From NCBI GenBank assembly GCA_002269645.1, contig NIVC01000001.1, positions 806,001-870,000 on the forward strand: a stretch of 64,000 nucleotides of DNA, read 5' to 3'. Shown here one piece after another: positions 22,285-33,891 of the stretch (its first letter is position 1; the number at the start of each line of letters is the position of its first letter). The translations under genes were made by a program, and so were the position numbers. A model generated the notes under the pieces. It searched no databases. It was not told the DNA's origin and saw only the letters and a list, made by a program, of their open reading frames with translations. The DNA is from Macrostomum lignano (lineage: Eukaryota).

Positions 22285-24760
22285 CAATTAGCTGTCCCGT
22301 GCCTGCAGCTTTGCGTCACTAAATCTCCACTTCTCTACACCAAGTGTACAAACATCGCTTTGATGAGTAAAACTGCTGCCTAACCAACCAATCAGCGGAC
22401 AGTTCTCTGTGGACTAAATTTTATCTTATCTTCAATGTAAATACAGACAATCGATTTAATTTATTAATTTAGAATTCACCAATTACTATGCACGAAAAGG
22501 TGTGAATTCTTCATTGGGCCGGGGGTTGTAGTTAGGGTAACCATCATTTCATCGGCTATCTGTAGCCTACTGGGCATTCACTGTGTACACTGAACCCTAT
22601 CACTTCACCGCGGCCCGCCACCCCTGGCCCCAACACGGGTTATTTGAATTGAATAGTGTCAGAAAATTTAAAGAAAGATTTTTCTTGAATGCTGTGCTTT
22701 TTGTTTTCATGATTAAAGCAAGAAACTTATACCCCCGAACTCAGCGTTGCAAGCTCTTTCCAGCAATATAAGTCTCTTCTCTTAAAGTTTAAAACTCGTG
22801 GAACAGTTGCCGTTTCTAATTTCCCAATTTCCCGACTGCTTGCCTGAGAGGCTCGCAATTTTGTACATTGAATTTCACTGCCAAGCTAATACACAGGGCC
22901 GATAATAAAAAAGTGAACCAATTGAATCAATTGATTGCGCAATATATTTCTGTGTTAGTCAGTATAAGTCTCAGTTAAAGTTAACCAAAAGTTTGCGCAA
23001 TCTAATCAACCCTCCAATACAAAGCAACTGACCCCCTTCCTATACACAGCGCCAGTTAGAAGTCGAAACCCCCAACTTTATCTCTCACCTCTCGCCAAAA
23101 TGAGTACAATCTTTGCAGAAAGTTTAAAGTATGGAAATAGTTTTTGCAATGCAGAGCTTTTAGTTTTCATATTTGAAGCAAACAATTTATATCCCTGAAA
23201 TCAGCTTTGCAAGTTCTTTCCAGCAATATAATTTTTTTCTCTCAAAGTTAAAAACTCGAGCAACAGTTTGCGTTTGAAACTTTCTGACTTAAAGCATTGA
23301 AATATCAATTGTACGTTCACTGCCTGCTAAAGAAGTTTATGCATTGAATTTCAAGGTTCAACAAAATCACAGGGCTGCCTATTGAAAATTAGAACACAAA
23401 TCTTTGCGCAATTGTCTATACAGTCAGCCAGTGAGCCAGGGTCCGATTGTACACAGGCAGCCATTTAGAACGCCCCATCCCCCCACTGGAGAGAAAATAC
23501 ACTGCAGAGATAGGGAAAAGTTGTGGCGCAATCACTTGAAATTCATGCAAATTTTCAGCTCCAAGCAGAAAGAGGGGACAATTAAGATTATCAAAGGTCA
23601 AGACCGCCGTTTTCTGCTTTTTTGAGGATCTTAGAAATTAAAATTTCAGAATTAAAATAGCCTATAGCCGACCTCGGATAATTTCCAATCTTCCCATATA
23701 AGTTTCAACGCTGAGTTGCCACTATTCAAGGAGGAGTTGTCGAAATGACAGACAGACAGACAGACAAACAACACGTCAACTTTAGTATATACGAGGCCAA
23801 CTCCTCCTTCGGAGAAGAAAGGGGAAGAACTCCAATCAGCGGAATTCCATTCCCTGAACTCCATCAGCGGAATCCCATTTTCCAACACCTCTCCGCGCAA
23901 CAGAAATCGTCTCCGTGAAACTGAACACTATCGAAATCCTCTCCGTGAAACTGAACACCATCGAAATATTCTCCGCGAAATAGAAATCCTCTCCGTGAAA
24001 CTGGACTAAATCGAAATTTCTCCGTCAAACAGCCCAGCTCTCAGAATTCATTGGTTAGGGTTAGGGTTAGGGTTAGAGCTACACACAGCTGCGTGTTGAA
24101 AGGCGCCGTAAAAACATTGAACCAATTAAATTGCGCAACTTATTTCTCAGGCAGTCAGTATCAGCGTCGGTTAAAGTTAACAAAAAGATTGCGCAATCTA
24201 AATCAGCCCTCCAATACACAGCAACCGACCCCCTTCCAATACGCAGTGCAGCTAGAAATTGAACCCCCCTACTAACTATTGGGGGGGGTCGGTCGAACCC
24301 CCATTGAACTCCAAAATGAGCAAAATCTTTGCAGAAAGCTAAAAGTATGAAAATCTTTTCTTGAATGCTGTGAATTTAATTTTCATATTTAAAGCAAAAA
24401 ACTTATATCCCCGAACTCATCGCAGCAAGATCTTTCCAGCAATATAAGTCTCTCCTCTCTAAGTTCAAAACTCGAGCAACAGTTAGTGTTTGAAACTTTC
24501 TGATTTTAAGCATTGAAATATCGAGTGTACGTTCACTGCCTGCTAAAGATGCTCGCAAGTTTATGCATTAAAATGCACTGAATTTCACTGTGCAAAAAAT
24601 ACACAGGGCTTCCTGTTAAAAAACAGAACACAAATAGTTGCGCAATTGTCTATAAAGTCAGCCAGTGAGCCAGGGTCCAATTGTACACACGCCGCCAATG
24701 AGAACGCGCCCATTCCCCCACAGGAGAGAAAATGCACTGGCGACATAGGAAAAAGTTGTG

Positions 24761-26500
24761 CCCGTGTGGCCATCCGATCAGGTTTTTCGCCCGGTTTCGC
24801 TCTGGCTTGCTATGTTTTTTGCCCCATTTCCAGGCGAAGAACATAAACCAGGCGAATTTATCCGGTTTTTCTCTGCCTTTCTAAACCAGGCGAAATTCCG
24901 GAGGAAAAACCGTACGAGTGCTCTGGTTTTTTACCCGGTCCTTCGCCAGGTTTGGAACCAGTTTAGTAACGCAGGCAAATCCGGAGTAAAAGCGGATGAA
25001 ATAACAATTCCGCCTGGAATTTTGCCCGGTTCTTTCTCTGGTTCTTCGACCGGACAAGAGCCGGAGAAAAGAGCTGATGAAAGCCTTTAATTCAGGATTG
25101 GGTTGAAAATGGTATGGGAGACACAGTGTATAATTGACAATTGACATGAAGATTTTCTTGTAATTGCATGTCCTGTAATGTGCTCCTGTTTTGTTCTCTT
25201 GCAGTATTTTTTCCGCTCATCTTTATATATACCATATGAGCGTCTTCGTATGTTACATTACGAGCGTAGTTCACGTAAACTGAGAATAAAAATATGTCAT
25301 TTTAATGCTGTCATCGCACACATTTCTGAAGGCTGCATGCTACTGTGGGATTCCAACATACTTTTGGCCAGTCAGAAGTGATTTTAAATTCCCGCATTTA
25401 TGCGCCTAGATGACTAGCGACTATGCGCCTACTGACTGTATTCTACAACATCTTTGGAATAAAAAAACAGAGGAGTATATTGATCTTGTAGGTGATTTGG
25501 AACAGTTTGATGAATTGCAAGATGGAACGTTACATATTTTGTATTAACACTGACAATTGTCTTACTTCTTCACTCTTCACGGTATCCGTTGACAGAAGCG
25601 CACTGTAGATGTTTTACTAAGTCGGCACTACATATTTCCGAGAGTAGACACAATTTGATAGGGATGCAGGGTTTTTCGTCCGGTTTGATCGTCGTGTCGC
25701 TTTCGTTAGGTTTTAGTCTGATTTTGCTCCGGATATTCGTCCGGTTGGGTCGTCGTGTCGCTTTCGTTAGGTTTTAGTCTGTTTTTGCTCCGGGTATTCG
25801 TCCGGTTGGGTCGTCGTGTCGCTTTCGTTAGGTTTTAGTCTGTTTTTGCTCCGGATATTCGTCCGGTTGGGTCGTCGTGTCGCTTTCGTTAGGTTTTAGT
25901 CTGTTTTTGCTCCGGATATTCGTCCGGTTGGGTCGTCGTGTCGCTTTCGTTAGGTTTTAGTCTGTTTTTGCTCCGGATATTCGTCCGGTTGGGTCGTCGT
26001 GTCGCTTTCGTTAGGTTTTAGTCTGATTTTGCTCCGGGTATTCGTCCGGTTGGGTCGTCGTGTCGCTTTCGTTAGGTTTTAGTCTGATTTTGCTCCGGGT
26101 ATTCGTCCGGTTTGATCGTCGTGTCGCTTTCGTTAGGTTTTAGTCTGATTTTGCTCCGGGTATTCGTCCGGTTTGATCGTCGTGTCGCTTTCGTTAGGTT
26201 TTAGTCTGATTTTGCCCCGGTTATTTGCCGGGTTCTGCTATTGCACTTTCATCCGGTCATTTGTCGGGTTTTATTCAGGGTACTCATCAGTTTGAGTAGC
26301 CGAAGAGAAACCCGAAAAAATACCTGATGTCCTCTACGAAATTCCTGACGAACAACCAGACGAAACTGCCGTCTTCGTCCGTTTTCGAGACCACTTTCCC
26401 GAGGATTTTCGGGTTTTTAGATAGGAAAAAATGTATTACAAACCGGGCAAAAATCCCGATCGCCTACCGGGCGAAAAACCTGATCAGATGGCCACACGGG
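24761..26500. mobile_element. 1740-bp non-autonomous TIR DNA transposon (CCC...GGG ends, 2-bp TSD; possibly CMC/EnSpm-like) nested in a Helitron unit
   Basis: ~35-bp TIR CCCGTGTGGCCATC(C/T)GATCAGGTTTTTCGCCCGGT at 24761, and inverted ending at 26500. TG is duplicated at 24759-60 and 26501-02. It interrupts AAGTTGTG|GCGCAATC, which is intact in the other units. No transposase ORF. Confidence 0.85.
25677..26222. repeat. 61-bp tandem repeat, about 9 copies, inside the TIR element
   Basis: TCGTCCGGTTGGGTCGTCGTGTCGCTTTCGTTAGGTTTTAGTCTGTTTTTGCTCCGGATAT units. Confidence 0.95.
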
Positions 26501-27078
26501 TGGCGTAATCACTCAAAATTCATGCAAATTTTCAGCTCCGAGCAGAAAGAGGGTACAATTAAGATTATCAAAGGTCAGAATTGCCGTTTTCTGCTTTTTT
26601 AGGGATCTTAAAATGTAAAAATAAAAGATTAAAATAGCCTAAAGCCATCCTCGGAAAATTTGCAGTTTTCCCACATAAGTTTCAACGCTGACTTGCAAGT
26701 ATTCTAGGAGGAGTTATCCAACAAACACACACACACACGGACAAACAACGCACCAACTTTAGTATTAAGATAGAATAGAAGATAGATAGAAGATAGAAGG
26801 AGGAGGACAAGCATACAAACCTTAGAGATTTTTAGTATTAAGAAGGAGGAGGACAAGCATACAAACCTTAGAGATTTAGTATATTTAGAAGGAAAAGAAT
26901 ATGGGCGTGACATTTCGTTCAATAATATAATTTTTGTGTTACTTTTTCGAAGTTTAAAGTGGTAAAATCATATGAGTAAAGCCAGAGGGAGAGAAAAAAT
27001 AAACATGCTAACTGAGGAAAGCCGTTTTGGAGGGGGCTTTCTTGTAATCTACATGTACACTGAATTTGCCAGGGGATT

Positions 27079-27195
27079 TAGCACCAGGGGCGCCAGCACC
27101 AGGGGCGCCAGCACCAGGGGCGCCAGCACCAGGGGCGCCAGCACCAGGGGCGCCAGCACCAGGGGTGCCAGCACCAGGGGCGCCAGGTCCAGGGG
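27079..27195. repeat. 15-bp GC-rich tandem repeat (AGCACCAGGGGCGCC), about 7 copies
   Basis: Seen directly. Confidence 0.95.
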
Positions 27196-28398
27196 CACCT
27201 ATTTCATTGAATTCAACATGAATAAATAAGGAAAATCAAAAAATAAATTTCCGCAGTCTTTATCATATCCAAAATCACTAGCCGCTGCAACTGCTACCTT
27301 TATTGGAAGAATGAAATCTGAACACAAATAGCTTTGCTTGCACCAAATACCAACACAGCTTTGAAATTTGTTAAAAACGACAGTTTTTAAACATCTAAAA
27401 GGGCTCATGAAACTGACATATAATATCGTAGGTTGAATAAAGTTAAAATTAGGGAACTTCAAGCTGTAAATTGGCTGCACTAGCTAATATGCTGGATTGC
27501 TCATGGTTATAGCAGAATAAGTGTACAGATTGGCTCGTAAAAGCCAAAGGACCGATAGGGGCGCAGGAAAAAATCCACAGTTTCAACCGAACAGGTCTAA
27601 TTCACGCGCTATTCTCACGTTTCTGCAAGAATTCTACTATAGAAGAATATCATTTTAGCACGGCGTTTTATTATCTTTTTGGACGTGGCGATTCCTCATT
27701 TTCCACGTCAGATTGAGCGGAAGGCTTCGTCAGTGCAGATATTTTTACGGAACTGCCTGGGCACTAAAATGGTCAGCAAAATTGTCTGCTTTCCTAGCTA
27801 CCCCCCCCCCGGAAGCAGAAATGTGTTGCCTTCAATACCAGGACTCTGATCGAATGAATCCAACAGAATATAGAGCCACAATGGGCTGAACAAACTAAAA
27901 AAGGTATCCTTCAGTGTAAATGTTTTCTAATGCAAGCTAAACCAATAGATTACAGTAGGATTTCCAACGATTTTTTGTCGTTCATAAATCTCATCTGCTT
28001 AACCGTGTCTCTCTAATATCTCTCTCTCTCTCTTTCTCTTTCACTGTTTTTGCCAATAACTCAGGTCGTGAAAGCCCGAGAAAGGACTGGCTTACTCCAT
28101 GTCAGGGAATGCGTTTGCATACCTCGTATCCTGTGTAGAAGCCAAACTAAATCAAAGCAGGATCTCGCGCAGAAGCAACAAAAGCCAAATTAAAGTCAGA
28201 CCTGTTGTTCGTATACCGTTACTCATGATATTTATGAGTACTGGTACGAGTTATGATGCCAATACTGTACGTTAGCCTAAGTATATAAGTTGAAATTGAA
28301 ATGAATGTTCAGAATTGTTATTATGTCCTGATTAATAAGCAGCATGCAGTCTTAACTACTTAATACTCGTGCTCTTGTGAAGTCCCTGACAATATTGC

Positions 28399-30228
28399 TT
28401 ACAGTTCTTCCTTGACGGCTGGCTCCTGAAATGATTTTCATTGCATCATTTGTACCATGCAGTGTATACATGCACCTATTTCATAATGGTTCAAATGAAA
28501 ATTATTTATTTATCTGTACCTTCTTTTTCTGTATCTTTCCACCAGAGTCTAAAAACTTCTTGAACCCTTCCAGATTGCGTTCGCCTTCATATTCGATAAT
28601 CTCGTCGGAGTCAGCCGGAAACAACATGATGGTGGGATATGAATGCACATTGACGCCTTCGACCTCGTTTGCGGTGGAGTCCATCTTGGCGATGACAATA
28701 TTGGCCTGTTTCTGGTATTCGGCACCCAGCTTGTCCCACACAGGTTCCAGCTTCTTGCAGTGGCCGCACCAGGGAGCGTAGAACTCTACTAGAACGGTCT
28801 TAGTTTTGTCGCGCGCAACCTGATTGAAATTCTTACCAACCAGAACCTTTACAGCCTTCTTGTTCCAATCTTCGGGCACCTCCTGCGACATGAAGTGCGG
28901 CTTTATGGTGCCATCGAGTACGCCCTGAACGAGTGCGTTTATATTGGCCTCAGTGATGTCGGTAAAGCTCGGCTTATATTTTAGCATGTCGTCCTTTAGA
29001 TCGATAAGCCTAATAACTGGGCAGTCTTCCTTTTTTAGACCGAAAAACTCAAGGACTCGCTCATTCTCATCGTAGCTGCTGTCGACAAAAACGTAGATTG
29101 CCTTACCGTTGAATTTTTTGGCAGATGTCTTCATTTCTTTGATTAATGCGTTAAACTCCACTTCATTAGTCTTGTTAACGAATAGTAAAACAAAATTCTT
29201 TACGTCGCTGTTGAAAATCTCGCCTGCTGTTTCGTGGGTGAACTCGCTGATCAATGGCAGTCTATTGTTCCTGACGAATCGGTCGATCTCGTCTACCGTA
29301 AACGGCCCACGATGAACCACCTTAGCGTCATCAGGTTTTTTAAACAGAATGATTGAATCGGACTCAACATTGAAGCTTGCAAGGATGGCGGCATCACTTG
29401 CTTTTCCGCATGGTATGGCGTCAACATCTATTCTTGAAACAGCGGCAGTTTCGTATGCTATAGCAGCATCAGATGAGGCATCTTTAAAAAAACCTATGAT
29501 CGACATGTTTGCAGAGTCTATGAACTTCTGAGCATCACTGATAGAATCCAGCTGGGTTACTGGTGGTCCCATCTTTTTTTCAAGCCATGCAAGCATCTCA
29601 CCAGCAGTTCTTCCGCCATTATAGTCAATAGTAATATTTTCTTTGAAAAACTTTATAGTTGGATATCCTTGAACGCCATGCTTAACCACAAGGATAGGCT
29701 CCGTTGTCCCATCAATTTTAGCCAGCTTAATCGCAGAGTTTTTCTTTGCCAGTTCTTTTGCAACCTTGACGTATTCAGGTGCTAAAGCATTACAATGGCC
29801 ACACCATGGAGCATCTGTAAAATGGTCAGGTGTAAAAAAGGATAATTTTAAATAAGATTTTTGTTGTAACAACTTGTCACTGTAGATTCTCATCCATAGA
29901 GCCCTTAATTAAAAAACCCACGCATGATGTTTTTTATTATACCAGTGAAATGACTTGTTAATGGTAAAATTATAGTTACATGTACTCGTAACATGTAATT
30001 AATTATGATCAATTTAGTAAATTGGAGCAAACGCAAAACGCACTTATAAAATTACGTAATTCACTCACAAAATTCCACTAAGAGATACTTATTCGTGCCG
30101 ATGGCAGCATCAAAATTCTTTTCGTTAAGAACAAGTACTCCATCCTCTTCCTTGATGGCATCTTCGGAACTGCCTACTAAAGCGACACTCATAAATATTG
30201 TGAAAGAAAAAATAATTTTTAGAATCAT
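28399..30228 (-). CDS. PDI: Protein disulfide isomerase (PDIA1/P4HB-type a-b-b'-a'), 3 exons, 493 aa, C-terminal KEEL
   Basis: Exons 30228-30069 (signal peptide MILKIIFSFTIFMSVALVGS, then ...YLLVEF), 29814-28520 and 28425-28399 (EPAVKEEL*). Phases join. Two WCGHC thioredoxin active sites (YAPWCGHCNAL, YAPWCGHCKKL). Confidence 0.93.
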
Positions 30229-31529
30229 TCTCAGATTTATGGCTAAAAATGGCTAAACGTCCTAATTTTAGGTACTTAGCAGTATTATCGCTAATCGTAA
30301 AAGCAATATTATTTTGTTCACGGGTTCACCAAAACTAATTAATCAGTAAATCAATTCTGTGAAATTTATAATAAAATTTTATATTCTCGCGACCAACTAA
30401 CTTCGCAGAAGTAAAAATCATTATAACTCTATATTGGTAAATTTTAAGTCCTATCAAGGGTAATATTCATCTTTTAATAATCTAAATAAAGTGCGTCTTC
30501 TGTTTTAAGATTAATTTTTTGTTATTCCGTTCCCAAGGTACGAAACGATTATTTTCCTCGAAAACAGTTGTCAGACCAAGGCAAAAATTCAATAAATATG
30601 AATTAACAAGATAAAAATTTGTAGGTTTGACAATGCGTGTTGTGTTGATTTCATTGATTTTGTTAATTTCGTTTTCGTTTCGGCAGACAGAATGATTTCG
30701 AGCGATGTATTTTTCCTTCGTCATTATCTCTGTTTGCAAATTGAATTGCAGAGCTCTACAAATTTATTTAGGTTATTATGCCTTTTTATGGTATACTAGT
30801 ATGATGACATTTTAGGCAGTAGCAGAAGGTCTCGTGCGTAGGCTATAACCAACGTTGAACAGTGAATTCTTAACTATCAATAAGAGGGCCAGGGCCAAGT
30901 TGTATTTATAAAATGAAGACAATGAACATAACTGAACACATAGCATAACATAAACTAGGCCTATGCTGACGGTAGTTTGGTGATCATGATGAAAAACGAC
31001 TATCAGCATAGTGTATGCTCTGCTATGTGTTCAGTTGTTTTAGCAGCTATGCGAAAAGTATAGAACTAGAAGTTTGACACAGATTGCTTTTTGCAACTTT
31101 GTTCTATCTATTATGGTTCATAAAAAATTTTCAAAGTTCAAAAGCATGATGGGATTATAGGACCCTATCGTGGAATGACCCCAATAATGTTTATATTGTG
31201 CTTAGTGGCTCTGCTTTTAAATATAATAACATTGTCTTATAAATAGCTAGTATTTATTATAGTAGGCCTATCTCTCTAATCTATAATCTATTATAGCACT
31301 TCTTTTCTTTATCATAGCATCTCTCTTGTATATTATGGCACCTTTCTTGTTTATATAATGTCTTTTTCATGTATATTATTATTATAGCATATTTGTCTAT
31401 ATTATAGCATCTGTCTAGCCCTTTCTGTGGCATATTATGGACCCCTCTTGTCTATTATATAAAATCCCTTATATTTTATGTCACCCCTTTTGTTTATATT
31501 TTGGTATACCTTTTATGTATATTATTGAA

Positions 31530-32128
31530 TAGGGGTTGGCAACCTTTTCCCACTTAAGGGCCAAATAAGGTTTTGGTCCTGATAAGGATTAAGCATTTTT
31601 TGTCACAATATAGAGCTACCCCTTTATCCCCTTTGGAGTCTTTACCTCTAAAATCTAATTTCTAGTTGTATCACTAATAGGCTAGAATATTGAAGAACTA
31701 AAACTAAAAATTAAGTTTATTATAATTTGATGCATTATTAGAAAGTCCAATTCTACTATACAGTCAGCCATATAAATATATATTTGTATCCCTATTGTTG
31801 GCCTAGCTAGCTTTACCATCCCAACTTCACTACTTGTTCTCCTATTTCTATTCTATTTGAAGTTTGAACTGATGTGCTATTTGTCTAGACTTTATAAGAA
31901 TCCAATCATATATTCAATTTATCTCATTACTTGTTTATCATTAAAATTGATAATTGAGGGAAGGAATTCCCCATTTTCAGAAGACAAAAATATTGTAGGC
32001 CAAATAATGAAGTTAGGCCTACTATAAAGGTGCAAGCTAGATTATAATAATAGACATTAAGTTTGTGGGCCATCTAGAAAGTATTTGCAGGCTAGATCTG
32101 GCCCACAGGCTAAAGTTGCCAATTCCTA
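31530..32128. mobile_element. Degenerate hAT/Charlie-like MITE
   Basis: Imperfect TIRs TAGGGGTTGGCAAC / GTTGCCAATTCCTA and a subterminal GGCCCACAGGCTAAAGTTGCC. No matching 8-bp TSD. Confidence 0.4.
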
Positions 32129-33079
32129 GAACCTCTATAGAACCTTTCTCATCTATATTATGGTGCCCTTCTCATCTATATTATAGTGTCTCTCATATAT
32201 ATTATGGAGTCTCTTATCTATATTATAGTGCCCCTTTTGTCTATATTATGGTGCCCCTCCTATCTATATTATGTCATCCCTTTTATATATATTATGGCAC
32301 TCCCACTCTAGTCTTATGGCAAAAATCTACTCACTTATTTTTATTATTCCTAATCCATTTCTATATTGTACATAGTATGTAATATATAAATTAATATTGC
32401 TTTGCATAGTCATCAATTGTCTATGATATATATTAAATAATATATTATTAATTTTGGGCATATATATATAATGTGGCATATATATTATATATAGTTATAT
32501 TTTTAGTATATTAGATAGATGCATTGGCATCTTTGATAAATTTAACTTATTTTTAAATAATCTTTGCTTTAACTTGTAGACTACTTGATTGAATTATAAA
32601 AAATCTTTAGTATATAAATTTCTTATTGTGCTACATTGTTATATTGTATTTATAAATATGTAAATTTTTAATAGAAAGTATTGATAAAGCATTGGTTATT
32701 AAATATAATATATATTTTATCAATAACCATTTGTTATTAGTAAAAAATAGAAAGAGTTTATAATACTCATAAAAGAAAGAGTAATCTCTTTAATAATCCA
32801 AAATGTTATGTTGACCTAAATTTAATAATTTCAAGGGCTAGAGAACTGCTATATAGAGATGCTTAGTAGGCCAAAGTTCCAACACTTGCTATATGGCTAT
32901 AAATGATTGTTTTGTCAACTCAAAAGGCACAATTAAAAAAAGTGCATTAGCCATTGCAGTGGCTGTCACATATTAGCATATTGTTGTGTTTTCCTATAAA
33001 GCAACTCTTAATGGTTGTTACATTAGCTGTTTCTGTCTATTCAGGCAATTAATATTAATATATAAATGATGATTAATTA

Positions 33080-33326
33080 TGCCTGCCCAGCAGCCCAGGA
33101 CAGGTGTGTGCAACCGACAGCTCAGCCGCAGCTATTGCGTGGCACATCTGAAGGCTGCATATGTCTGTTCAGTCCAAGGACTGTGGGGTCGCCACACACA
33201 CCCTCAATTACCCCAGCTAATGCTGGCACCCATTTTACAGCTGGGTGAACTGAAGCAATGCAGAGCTAAGCATCTTGCTCAATCTGAAGTCGCAAGTCCA
33301 ATGCTCTAACAATAGGCTGCTACCCC
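33080..33326 (-). mobile_element. Degenerate tRNA-derived SINE
   Basis: Minus strand has a GGGGTAGCAGCCTATTGTTAGAGC A-box-like head and the central-domain-like string TTGAGCAAGATGCTTAG...CACCCAGCTGTAAAATGGGTGCCAG. The B box is not recognisable. Confidence 0.45.
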
Positions 33327-33891
33327 ATTGTTTGCTTTAGGCAAGCATTGCAAGTAAAATAGTGCATTGCATCAATGTTAATGCCCGAGTAACATTTCGC
33401 CATTGTAACATTGTAGTGACCTTTTCACTGCAGTATTGTAGCCGCAGTACACTGGAATACTCAGTTAGTCAGGTGATGCCTGCCCTGCCGCCCTTGAACA
33501 CTAACCAACCCTGAGGCCATCTTCGTCCACTCCTCTGCCCCTCTCGCTTTGGGGTTGACTGCAGGCCATTCCCAGGGCTGTGTGGGCGAAGGCCAATTCT
33601 CTGTGTGTATGGCTATGCCACCGTACGGCCACGGAGTCTGGAGCAATCTGGATTGGGAAACTATTCAGATGTAGGCAGGTCGAAGCGCCATAATATGATT
33701 CGATTTTTTAATCCTGAGATGCCGAACCTGCTTTTTGAGGTCGGATGAGACAAGAAATTATCCCATCTCTTAGGGATTTCCGCCTTTCGATTCGAAATGA
33801 TTTTATGATGGGGGGATAAAGCCAAGAATTCTACATGTACATGATTAAATTCCTAGATGTACATTGTTTTTGAGAATCGGTGTTGTTAGTG

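Larger units (their letters stand above)
2200..26770 (-). mobile_element. Head-to-tail Helitron concatemer (8 units, one carrying RepHel)
   Basis: Outer 5' end is A|TCTTAATACTAAAG on the minus strand (T at 26770, A at 26771). Internal junctions at ~2624, 3911, 6514, 7785, 10308, 13087 and 23792 read, on the minus strand, CTCCTCC-nnn-GGAGGAG hairpin, 5 nt, CTCG, then TC(T/C)...TACTAAA plus a (TGTC/TTTG)n microsatellite. This matches the Lep1-like Helitron 5' end architecture. Spacings are about 1.29, 2.60, 1.27, 2.52, 2.78, 10.7 and 2.98 kb. The left boundary is uncertain. Confidence 0.75.

Noticed and set aside
22286-22317. Canonical Helitron 3' end remnant (minus strand ...GGGACAGCTAA|T) upstream of RepHel
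   Set aside because: No convincing hairpin, and not repeated in other units
25677-26222. CRISPR-like regular repeats (here and in other arrays)
   Set aside because: Units are contiguous with no unique spacers, there are no cas genes, and the context is eukaryotic
27712-28270. Three possible plus-strand exons (27712-27771, 27842-27903, 28065 onward) convergent with PDI
   Set aside because: The middle exon has stops in all three frames and there is no recognisable product; at most a UTR or non-coding transcript
28502-29893. ORF-track PDI start (MRIYSDK) and KDEL-less end as the main product
   Set aside because: Both ends run into introns; the real signal-peptide exon and KEEL exon were found
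30923-31040. Short inverted repeat (AACTGAACACATAGCA) as a MITE or pre-miRNA
   Set aside because: Only ~16-20 bp arms, no TSD and no second copy in the window
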